Both the position numbers and the translations under genes were made by a program. Of a stretch of 64,000 nucleotides of DNA, positions 27,549 through 35,866 are shown one piece after another; position 1 is the stretch's first letter, and each line of letters starts with the position of its first letter. Origin of the DNA: an uncultured delta proteobacterium (lineage in GTDB: Bacteria > Desulfobacterota > Binatia > Binatales > Binataceae). A model generated the notes under the pieces. That model was not told the DNA's origin and ran no database searches. It saw nothing but the letters and a program-made list of their open reading frames with translations. The DNA lies in the NCBI GenBank assembly GCA_963794325.1, contig CAWCDG010000003.1, positions 352,001 to 416,000 on the forward strand. Direction: 5' to 3'.

Positions 27549-29069
27549 TTACGGCTCGGCGAAGAAGTTGTCGCGCACCTGAATGTGGTCCTCGATCGAG
27601 AAAATTCGCGCCACCAGGAAAATCTGGGTCTGCACCATCAGGCGATCAGCTTCGGTCGGCACGGTTCCCCATAAGATGATCGTGTCACCGTCCATTTTGA
27701 AGCGCACTGAGCTGTAGCCCTGCATGTCCAGCGCCCGGCGAAGCGCCATCTCCCGCGGCGTTGTGTGCGGCGGATCAGCCGGCTCACCCGGGACGGGCGG
27801 CGCAGGATTCGGCTCTGACGGCACCGATCCATAGTCGGGTCCGGTATCGCCGTCGGAAGGCTGCGGCTGCGACGAATGAAAAATCAGGTAGCCCATCAGG
27901 AAAAATCCGCCGACCACCAACGCCATCAGTCGCGCCGAATGCCGCCGGCGCCGCCGCTCGTGAAAAATCGGCCCCGGAAAATCGTGCGGCGCGGCAACGT
28001 CGTCGAGCATGATCGTCTGCGCCTCGGGCGTCGCGCCGCGATCTGTCCCCGACAATCGTCCGGTCACGTCGGCGGCGCAGAACGAGCAGAAGTTCGAATC
28101 CACCGGGATGCTTCGGCCGCATCGCGGGCACTCAGTGTCGATCGCGTTGCTCAGCATCGTCGGCGCCGACGCGTGCTGCTCTTTGGACTTGACGCCGCTC
28201 AGGGGCAGCTTGAGTTGTGGACGCGCGGCCCGGCCGGAGGAATTGCGCTGCGGCGCAGCCATCGGCGTCCCTGACTTGATCGCCATCAGCCGCTGTCTGA
28301 ATTCCACGGCGTCAGCAACGCGCAAAGCCACGTCGTACTTGAGGGCCTGGTCGACCACTTCGCATAGCGCGGGAGTGACCTCAGGACATAGCGATCGCAA
28401 CGGAGGAAAACTGAACGGCGGCTCGAGCGCGGGGTCGCGGCCCGACAGCGCATGATGCATCGTGGCGCCCAGTGCATACAGGTCCGATCGGAACTCGACC
28501 TTGCCGCGATATTGTTCCGGCGGCGCGTAGCCTTGCGTGCCGATCATCGTCGCGTTGCTGAGCGGCTGGAACAGTCGCGCGATTCCAAAGTCGATGAGCT
28601 TGACCTGCTCCGACGGCGTTAGCATCACGTTCGACGGCTTCAGGTCGCGATAGATCACCGGCGGTTCCAGGTTGTGCAGATACTCGAGCGTGTCGAGAAC
28701 CTGCAGCGCCACGTCGATAACCTCGCTCTCGGGAAGCTGGCCGCCGGCGCTCTGGAGTTTCTGCTCCAGCGTTATCCCGCTGATGTACTCCATGACGAGA
28801 TAGTGATGGTTCTCATCGCTGAAGCGATCGAACACGCGCGGGATATGTTCGTTGCTGAGTTGCGCCAGCATGTCGGCTTCGCGCTGAAACGCCGCGACCG
28901 CCTGCTTCTGAGTTTCGGGGCTGGTGAAAGTATCGACCATCTCGGCCAGCGCACACTCGCGCGCGGCGAGCCGCAAGTCCTCGGCCAGATAGACGAGCTT
29001 CATCCCGCCGCCGCCAAGCGGCTTCATCACGCGGTAACGTCCGCCAATGATCGTGTTGGGCGCAATCAT
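27549..29069 (-). CDS. Membrane-anchored Ser/Thr kinase with WNK-like Lys placement, Zn ribbon, TM and BON-like domain
   Basis: GGGGMK, CALAE, FQREA, YRDLKPSN, DFG, GTQGYAPPE, SDLYALG; CPRCG...CSFC; TM after an RRRRRH stretch; GDTIILWGTV...IEDHIQV BON-like tail. Confidence 0.93.
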   Translation of the reverse strand: MIAPNTIIGGRYRVMKPLGGGGMKLVYLAEDLRLAARECALAEMVDTFTSPETQKQAVAAFQREADMLAQLSNEHIPRVFDRFSDENHHYLVMEYISGITLEQKLQSAGGQLPESEVIDVALQVLDTLEYLHNLEPPVIYRDLKPSNVMLTPSEQVKLIDFGIARLFQPLSNATMIGTQGYAPPEQYRGKVEFRSDLYALGATMHHALSGRDPALEPPFSFPPLRSLCPEVTPALCEVVDQALKYDVALRVADAVEFRQRLMAIKSGTPMAAPQRNSSGRAARPQLKLPLSGVKSKEQHASAPTMLSNAIDTECPRCGRSIPVDSNFCSFCAADVTGRLSGTDRGATPEAQTIMLDDVAAPHDFPGPIFHERRRRRHSARLMALVVGGFFLMGYLIFHSSQPQPSDGDTGPDYGSVPSEPNPAPPVPGEPADPPHTTPREMALRRALDMQGYSSVRFKMDGDTIILWGTVPTEADRLMVQTQIFLVARIFSIEDHIQVRDNFFAEP

Positions 29070-29128
29070 GCCTAAAATCAGAATCTAACCATTATCTGAT
29101 TTTATAACAGCCCGCGCGCTTCCCGGAT

Positions 29129-29470
29129 TCATCGCGCCAGCATGTCTTCCCGGGGTGTTCCGGAGAAGGCCGCATTAGCCCCACATATTATATGGATGAG
29201 GATGCCAAATGGCGGCCCCATCCCGTACGCTATCGACACGAAAAAGAACCACATGATGCCCTTGAAGGGCTTGCCGCGGTAGATGTGCCCGACGCCCGGA
29301 ACGATGCTGAGCACGAGCGCGATCACCGGGTTGAATCCCGAACCTCTGTGCAACAGCGATAAACGTGTCGTCGGCGCGCCGCACGATTTGCAATAGCTCG
29401 CCTCGGCGACGACGATCGGCTGGCCGCATCGCGAACAGAACCTCGGTTTTTCGAAATCAGCGTCAGCCAC
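29129..29470 (-). CDS. Zinc-ribbon membrane protein (TM2-like)
   Basis: FCSRCG...YCKSCG; ALVLSIVPGVGHIYRG; GTG start overlapping the upstream stop. Confidence 0.8.
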   Translation of the reverse strand: MADADFEKPRFCSRCGQPIVVAEASYCKSCGAPTTRLSLLHRGSGFNPVIALVLSIVPGVGHIYRGKPFKGIMWFFFVSIAYGMGPPFGILIHIICGANAAFSGTPREDMLAR

Positions 29471-30794
29471 GGAAGACAAACTGCGCGTCGCCGAAGCGTA
29501 CAGCCTCGCCGTCGTTCACCTTGGTTGGCTCGGTCACGCGCCGATTACCGACGAACGTCCCGTTCTGACTGTTCAGGTCGCGCACCACAAAGGCGCCGTT
29601 GGAATTCTCGATACTCGCGTGATGCCTCGAGATCGAGGAATGGCTGACCACGATTTCATTGTCCAGCGCGCGCCCGATGTGGGTAACCGCGCCGGGACGC
29701 ACGGGATACGCCTGCCCGGACGCGTCGATCAGGCTCGGCCCATCAACTTTGGCATTTGCTCCCGCCAGCCGTGTCGCGATATGCGCAGGATTCACCGCGT
29801 CGGATGCGAGCGAGGCCTGCTGGCGCGCGGGCGACGACGACCCGCGCAGATGGAACTTCATTTCGTAACCGCCGATGTTGACCCGATCGCCGTCGTGCAG
29901 ATCTACAGTCTCGATTCGCTTGCCGTTGACGAACGTACCGTCCTGCACCGCAAGATTCCTGATGACGTAATCAGCGCCGCGCCGCTCGATTACCGCGTGC
30001 CGTTGCTGCACCGACGGGTCGCCGAACAAGCCGACCGGGTTTTCTTCGGCGCGCCCAATCGTCGCGCGCGCTCCTTCGATTCGGTACTGGCGTCCGCGCA
30101 AGCGTCCCTGCTCGACGGTGACCCACGCGGCCTTGGTCATCTCTTGTACCAGCCCGATGAACAGTCCGATCGCAAGGCCGGTTATCGCCTCGCCAAAAAA
30201 TCGCGACGCCAGCCCGCCGCCGACGACCGATCCGATCAAATCAAATGCGATTCCGCCGACCGCTCCGCCAACCAGTCCACCGACCGCTCCCTTGGGCACG
30301 TTTTCCATCGTGAGCGTTGCCAATCCCACACCGGCGCCAACCAGCGCGCCATCGATGGCCCATCCCAACAGTCTTGCGATTATGAGAACGACGATCGATC
30401 CCGAAACCAGCTCACCATTCGGACTGAACCCGACGCCGCCAACTTGAAGGACCAGGTTGAAGACGTAGTTCCCGAGGTAAGTGGAGAGCAGCGACAGCAG
30501 CGCGCAAATACCGAAGCCGCGGAGGAATCGACGCTTGGCCTCCGGCGTCACGCGAACCTCTGAGGTGTCCACCGCCGTGATGAACGCGCCGATCGCTCCG
30601 GCCGCGATCGCCGCCGAGATGTAGTACGCGATCAAATCCCCGGTCGTCTGCGCCTCGCCCAGATGCGAATTGTGCGAAGCCAGTTCGACCGGGAGCCATC
30701 CGATCGCGCCACCCACCAGGCCCGCGAGAGCCTTGAAGGTCAATTCGCGCCGGTTCAGAGAATCGCTTTTCAGTAGAGCTAGAGGTGAGTCCAC
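29463..30794 (-). CDS. Multi-TM protein with two C-terminal FHA domains
   Basis: Gly-rich TM helices; IGR...RHA...GTFVNG and IGR...ISRHHA...SQNGTFV. Confidence 0.9.
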   Translation of the reverse strand: MDSPLALLKSDSLNRRELTFKALAGLVGGAIGWLPVELASHNSHLGEAQTTGDLIAYYISAAIAAGAIGAFITAVDTSEVRVTPEAKRRFLRGFGICALLSLLSTYLGNYVFNLVLQVGGVGFSPNGELVSGSIVVLIIARLLGWAIDGALVGAGVGLATLTMENVPKGAVGGLVGGAVGGIAFDLIGSVVGGGLASRFFGEAITGLAIGLFIGLVQEMTKAAWVTVEQGRLRGRQYRIEGARATIGRAEENPVGLFGDPSVQQRHAVIERRGADYVIRNLAVQDGTFVNGKRIETVDLHDGDRVNIGGYEMKFHLRGSSSPARQQASLASDAVNPAHIATRLAGANAKVDGPSLIDASGQAYPVRPGAVTHIGRALDNEIVVSHSSISRHHASIENSNGAFVVRDLNSQNGTFVGNRRVTEPTKVNDGEAVRFGDAQFVFRG

Positions 30795-30948
30795 GACGCC
30801 CTCGGCAGCAGCATCCAGGTGAAACAGTTACCAATATAATAGCCCGCATCCGCGCGCTGGAAAACGCCGTCGCTGAACAGCATGCAATCAGCGGGCTGCG
30901 GGGCTCATATTGCTCCCCCCGAACAAAAACAGGCATCATCGCGAGGCG

Positions 30949-32190
30949 ATGAGCATCGAAAATCTGGTTACTGAAAAGTTCGGCCCGCTGCAGGGCGTGA
31001 AGATCATCTCGACCGGAACCCTGATTGCGCAGCCGTTCGCCGCCGAACTGGCCGCCGAGATGGGCGCGGAGGTGATCCAAATCGAGCGGCCCGGAATTGG
31101 CGACGTCGGATGGCGCAATATCGGCATCCGGCTCAAGACCAGGGACGGCAAGTCCGCCGTTGCGACGACCTGGATCCAGGAACGCCGCAACGTGTTTTGC
31201 ATCTCGCTCGATCTGTCGAAGCCGCGCGGCCGCGAAATCTTTTTGAAACTCGTCGCGCGTGCCGACATCTGGATGGAAAGTTCGAGGCCGGGCACCTATC
31301 CGAAATGGAAGCTTGACGACGCGTCGGTTTGGAAGGTCAATCCGAAACTGGTGATCACTCACGTCTCGGGATTCGGACAAAGCGGCGATCCTGACTACGT
31401 CCATCGCGCGTCGTACGACGTGGTTGGGCAGGCGGTCGGCGGCACGATGATCCAGACCGGTTTTCCCGATCCGATTCCGCCGACGCGCGCCGCGCCGTGG
31501 ACCGGCGACTATATTACCGCGCTTTTCACGATGTGGTCGTCGCTCGCCGCGCTGACGTACGCGCGCACCACCGGCAAGGGTCAGTCGATCGACGTCGCGC
31601 AGTACGAAGCGATTCATAAAACGCTGGGCGGAACGATGGTTGAGTACTTCCAGAATGGCGTCGTGCGCGAGCGATCGGGCAATCGCGCGCAGGGCTTTCA
31701 GCCACTCGATTCTTTTCAGGCAATTGACGGATGGGTCGTGATGGGCGCGATAGGCGACGTGTACGCGCGGATGCTCGGCGTGATCGGGCTGGATCAGACC
31801 GACCCGAAATGGGAAACGGCGCGCACTCAGCTCGAATCGATCGAAGGGATCGAATTCGACGCGATCCTGCGCGGATGGATTTCCGAGCGCACTGTGAAAG
31901 ACGTCGTGACCGCGATGGCAGCCGCCAACGTGCCGTGCTCGCCGATTATGACGAGCAAGGACATCGCCGAGGACCCGCAATACCGCGCGCGCGGAATGCA
32001 CGTCGAATGGGAAGACGGGCAAGTGGGCAAGGTGAAGGGCATCGGCGTCGCGCCAAAGTTCTCGCGCACCCCGGGAAAAATCGTACGCGGATCCGTACCG
32101 CTCGGCCACGACAACGATCGCATCTATCGCGAGATGCTCGGCGTCAGCGCGGACGAACTCGAATCGCTCCGCCGCGAAAAGGTGATCTAA
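30949..32190 (+). CDS. Family III CoA-transferase (CaiB/BaiF-like)
   Basis: FGPLQGVKI...IAQPFAAE...GAEVIQIE, SGFGQSG, GDY. Confidence 0.92.
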   Translation: MSIENLVTEKFGPLQGVKIISTGTLIAQPFAAELAAEMGAEVIQIERPGIGDVGWRNIGIRLKTRDGKSAVATTWIQERRNVFCISLDLSKPRGREIFLKLVARADIWMESSRPGTYPKWKLDDASVWKVNPKLVITHVSGFGQSGDPDYVHRASYDVVGQAVGGTMIQTGFPDPIPPTRAAPWTGDYITALFTMWSSLAALTYARTTGKGQSIDVAQYEAIHKTLGGTMVEYFQNGVVRERSGNRAQGFQPLDSFQAIDGWVVMGAIGDVYARMLGVIGLDQTDPKWETARTQLESIEGIEFDAILRGWISERTVKDVVTAMAAANVPCSPIMTSKDIAEDPQYRARGMHVEWEDGQVGKVKGIGVAPKFSRTPGKIVRGSVPLGHDNDRIYREMLGVSADELESLRREKVI

Positions 32191-33014
32191 CTCGCGACTC
32201 TCGTCAAGAAGGTCTCGACCGATTTCCCGAATGCCTTCTCGTCCGGATAGCGGCCCAAGTCCAAAATGAAATAGGTCGCGCCTACTTCCTGCTCGGCGGC
32301 GACCTTTGCACGTGCCGCGCCGATATCGTCGAGCTTGATTCCGCGCCGCACGACAATCTCGGGAGCGTCGCGTCCAGCGGCGCGCGCACGTGAATTCAAT
32401 TCTTCAACTTTTGCTTTAAGTTCTGCCGCGGGCAGCATCGGATGCCAGCCGTCGCCGAACTTCACCACGCGATTCATCGCAGCCGGCCCGCTGCCTCCCA
32501 CCCAGATAGGCGGGCGGCGGGGCCTTGGCAGGAACATGAACGACGGGAACTTCACCAACGGGCCTGTGTAGGCGCCCGGCTCGTCAGCGCTGAACAGATG
32601 GTGAATCACGCTCAGCGTCTCATTGGTAATCGCGCCGCGCCGGTGAATGTCGACGCCGAGCGCGTCGAACTCCGGCTTCATCCATCCGACGCCGACGCCC
32701 AGGATCATTCGCTCGCCCGACAGTTCCTGGATCGTCGCGACCTGCTTCGCGGTCAACACGGCGGGCCGATAAGGAACGACCAGCACTGAAACGCCAAGCC
32801 GGATTTTCTCGGTCGCCCCGGCGATGAACGCCAGTGTCGCTAGCACGTCGAGATAACGTCCGCCACTGCCTTCGGTCTGGTCGACAGGGATGCACAAATG
32901 ATCCGATACAAAGAGCGCGTCGAAGCCGGCTTGCTCAGCGATTCGTGTGCATGCGCGAATCGTCGCGCGATTGGATTGCGGACCCATGTTGCGGATTGCG
33001 ACGCCAAATTTCAT
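32187..33014 (-). CDS. LLM-class (probably F420-dependent) oxidoreductase
   Basis: AEQAGFD.LFVSDH, AKQVATI, LGVGVGW..EF, PPIWVGG, GDGW. Confidence 0.88.
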   Translation of the reverse strand: MKFGVAIRNMGPQSNRATIRACTRIAEQAGFDALFVSDHLCIPVDQTEGSGGRYLDVLATLAFIAGATEKIRLGVSVLVVPYRPAVLTAKQVATIQELSGERMILGVGVGWMKPEFDALGVDIHRRGAITNETLSVIHHLFSADEPGAYTGPLVKFPSFMFLPRPRRPPIWVGGSGPAAMNRVVKFGDGWHPMLPAAELKAKVEELNSRARAAGRDAPEIVVRRGIKLDDIGAARAKVAAEQEVGATYFILDLGRYPDEKAFGKSVETFLTRVAS

Positions 33015-33109
33015 CGCTGACTCCTCCAGCTACATCACGACACTGAAAAGAAGACTGGCAAGCGCGCGCGCATCCAGTCAAACTACTCGGCCACTGGAGG
33101 CGACAACGC

Positions 33110-33742
33110 GTGGGCCGTCCATCCGCGAAGCAACGCAAGCCTTATAACCTCGACGCGATCCTCGACGTGGCGGTGCGCGTGTTTCGCGAGCGCGGCTACG
33201 ACGGCAGCACGCTCGACGACGTCGCGCGCGCCGCGGGAATCACCAAGGCCAGCATCTACTATCACGTCCGCAGCAAGGAAGAGCTGCTGGCGCGCGGCGT
33301 CGGCCGCGCGCTCGACGCGCTGTTCGCGGTGCTCGACGAGCGGCCCGCAAAGCGCGGCCGCGCGGCGGCGCGTCTCAGGTACATCGTGCACCGCACCATC
33401 GAGATCACCGTTGAGCAATTGCCCGAAGTGGCTCTCCTGCTGCGTGTGCGCGGCAATACCCCGGTCGAGCGGCGAATCATGGAACGGCGCCGCGCGTTTG
33501 ACCATCTGATCGCGAGGCTGATGCGCAACGCGCAGCGACAGGGCGATTTGCGCGCCGATATCGAGCCGCGGCTGGCGACGCGTCTGCTCTTCGGAATGCT
33601 TAACTCGATCACTGAATGGTATCGGACCGGCGGCGACCTCGATGCGCCGGAAGTGGCCGAGGCAGTTTTCCGGATTGCGTTCGAGGGAATGGAGCAGGGC
33701 GCTCAACGCCGCATTTTGACAAATCAACCAAATGGTAGGTAA
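33110..33742 (+). CDS. TetR-family regulator, PaaR-like
   Basis: HTH (LDDVARAAGITKASIYYHVRSKEELL); LLLRVRGNT and RLLFGMLNSITEWY resemble actinobacterial PaaR; GGAGG RBS. Confidence 0.88.
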   Translation: MGRPSAKQRKPYNLDAILDVAVRVFRERGYDGSTLDDVARAAGITKASIYYHVRSKEELLARGVGRALDALFAVLDERPAKRGRAAARLRYIVHRTIEITVEQLPEVALLLRVRGNTPVERRIMERRRAFDHLIARLMRNAQRQGDLRADIEPRLATRLLFGMLNSITEWYRTGGDLDAPEVAEAVFRIAFEGMEQGAQRRILTNQPNGR

Positions 33743-33745
33743 AAT
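33716..33745 (+). promoter_or_regulatory. Putative sigma-70 promoter with TetR-type operator inside the tetR 3' end
   Basis: TTGACA (33716)-18 bp-TAAAAT (33740); ACC-N8-GGT in the spacer. Confidence 0.55.
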
Positions 33746-33760
33746 AGATTCAGGTGTCAT

Positions 33761-34789
33761 ATGCCGATGAGTGAATTCGAAATCCCCGCAGGCGGCCTGG
33801 TCGAGGCGCCAGCCGTCGCCCAGCCGAATATTTTTCCGATCGAATGGCGATGCGAGACGCCTAAGCTCGCCGAGATTTACGAGCGCGCCAAGCGCGAGGG
33901 CTTCAATCCCGCGGATATCAACTGGAGCGAGCTTTTGCCCGAGGCATGGAGCGACGACCAGAAGGTCGCGATCATGTACTGGTGGGCGCTCCTTTCCAAC
34001 TTCGACTCGTCGGGGCCGGCGGTGTTCGCCCGCGCGACGATTCATGCGTGGGAGATGCACGAGGAAGATCCGGTCCGCAAATGTTTCTTCTCGATTACCC
34101 GCGACGAGACCAATCACGAGGAAACCTGCCAGCGCGTTATTCAGCGCCTGGTCCCGAACGGCCCGCAGGGCTTCACTCCCACCAGCGAACTGCAGCGCGT
34201 CGCGCTGAACAATATCGGCTGGCTCTATCATAACGGCGGCCGCTACTGGACCGGTTACAACCGCGCGATCGATCGCTATCCGCTCGCCGTCATCTTCACC
34301 TCGTTCATGATGGGCGAAGTGGCGTCGTCAACGCTGTTCCACGGCATGGCGCATGCCACGACTCATCCGGTGTTCCGCGAAATCTTCACCAAGATCGGTC
34401 GCGACGAAGCACGTCATTTGCAAATCTGCATCAACCTGCTCGAGAAGGAGTGGCCCGGCCTCACCGACGAGCACAAGACCTTCATCACCAAGCAGCTTCG
34501 CGCGGGCTTCGTGTTCCTCTCGATGGTGCTATGGGAGCCGCCCGCACAGTTCTGGGATTTGCCCGGTTACTTTCTGCATAACCACAGGATTCTGTTGCGC
34601 ACCGCGCGCGAGGCGGGACTCGGAATCCTCACCTACGAGCAACAAGCCGACAATTGGCGGCTCGCGATCGCGCGCGTCCGCAAGCTGGTCGAGCGATGGG
34701 ACATCCAGTTCCCCGCGATTCCGGAACTTGATATTGAAGGAGTTGACGTCGGCGATATCACCGCCGAAGACATCATCCCCGTGTTCTAG
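33761..34789 (+). CDS. Ferritin-like di-iron protein of unknown function
   Basis: Two D-E-x-x-H motifs (RDETNH, RDEARH) plus helix carboxylates (NFD, MGE). Confidence 0.8.
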   Translation: MPMSEFEIPAGGLVEAPAVAQPNIFPIEWRCETPKLAEIYERAKREGFNPADINWSELLPEAWSDDQKVAIMYWWALLSNFDSSGPAVFARATIHAWEMHEEDPVRKCFFSITRDETNHEETCQRVIQRLVPNGPQGFTPTSELQRVALNNIGWLYHNGGRYWTGYNRAIDRYPLAVIFTSFMMGEVASSTLFHGMAHATTHPVFREIFTKIGRDEARHLQICINLLEKEWPGLTDEHKTFITKQLRAGFVFLSMVLWEPPAQFWDLPGYFLHNHRILLRTAREAGLGILTYEQQADNWRLAIARVRKLVERWDIQFPAIPELDIEGVDVGDITAEDIIPVF

Positions 34790-34810
34790 ATTGATTGTGA
34801 GGCCACGAAT

Positions 34811-35584
34811 ATGAGCGTCGATTTGTCGGTCGAAAGCGGTCTCGCGGAAATCGTTCTCAACCGTCCCGACAAGATGAACGCGTTGAATGACGCGATGGTC
34901 GCCGATCTCAACGGCGCTCTCGATCGCGCGGCGTCGCAAGGTGTGCGCGCCATGATGATTCGCGGCGAGGGGCCGGCATTCTGCGCAGGCCGCGATCTCG
35001 CGGACGCGCATCCAGGCGACGAAGACGCCGAAGCGATAATCGAGACAAGCTTCAATCCGCTGATGAAGCGAATCGTCGCGTTCCCCGCGCCGACCTTCGC
35101 CGCGGTTCAAGGCGCGTGCCTGGGCGCGGGCCTCGGCCTCGCACTCGGATGCGACGTCGTCTACGTCGCCGACGACGCGAAGATCGGATCGCCGTTCGCG
35201 CGAATCGGCGCAGTGCTGGACTCTGGCGGCCATTCGTTTTTCGTCTCGCGGTTGGGAGCGCATCGCGCGCTCGAGCTGATCTACACCGGACGATTGCTGT
35301 CCGGCATCGAAGCCGCGCAGCTCGGCCTTGTCAATCGCAGCATGACCAAGGATTCGCTGGTCGCGGAGACGCGCAAGATCGCGTCGCAGGTTGCGCAAGG
35401 TCCCACCGCAGCGTTCATGATGTCCAAGCATCTGGTGCGCAGGATCGATGAAGAGGCGATGGGCCTGTTCGCAGTTCTGAAGCTTGAAGCTCAAGCCCAA
35501 GGCGCGGCGGGAAGGACCGCGGACTACAAGGAAGGCATCACGGCTTTCCAACAAAAGCGCGCCGCGAAGTTCGTAGGTAAGTAG
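34811..35584 (+). CDS. Enoyl-CoA hydratase/isomerase, PaaG-like
   Basis: LNRPDKMNA, AFCAGRDL, GAGLGLALGCD, IGAVLDSGG (single catalytic Asp rather than two Glu). Confidence 0.9.
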   Translation: MSVDLSVESGLAEIVLNRPDKMNALNDAMVADLNGALDRAASQGVRAMMIRGEGPAFCAGRDLADAHPGDEDAEAIIETSFNPLMKRIVAFPAPTFAAVQGACLGAGLGLALGCDVVYVADDAKIGSPFARIGAVLDSGGHSFFVSRLGAHRALELIYTGRLLSGIEAAQLGLVNRSMTKDSLVAETRKIASQVAQGPTAAFMMSKHLVRRIDEEAMGLFAVLKLEAQAQGAAGRTADYKEGITAFQQKRAAKFVGK

Positions 35585-35608
35585 CCAAGTCGAGCGGAGT
35601 AACAGACG

Positions 35609-35866
35609 ATGCAAGAAAAGATCAAAGTTGGATTCCAGGCTTTCGTTTCCGATGGTGGCGAGGAGTTCGGCGCGGTTCGCCAGGTTGCGCCGAACGGACG
35701 GCCCGAGCTGGTTATCTACGTCGAGAACGCCGGCGACTTCACGGTGCCGATCAGCGCCGTCGAGGCAGTGCATTCGGAGAAGGTCGTGCTGAACTGCGCC
35801 AAGCTCGATCGCAAGCTGCGGCATGCGATCGGCCACGCGCACGACAGTGAAAAGCGCGGCGCTTAG
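35609..35866 (+). CDS. Small hypothetical protein (possibly PRC-barrel-like)
   Basis: GGAG RBS, beta-rich pattern (FTVPISAVEAV..EKVVL). Confidence 0.7.
   Translation: MQEKIKVGFQAFVSDGGEEFGAVRQVAPNGRPELVIYVENAGDFTVPISAVEAVHSEKVVLNCAKLDRKLRHAIGHAHDSEKRGA

Noticed and set aside
27549-29069. Kinase as a dead pseudokinase, or as a proven chloride sensor
   Set aside because: A compensating Lys and all other catalytic motifs are present, so 'dead' is unsupported. It has DFG rather than the DLG motif of the WNK chloride site, so chloride sensing is not supported by sequence either.
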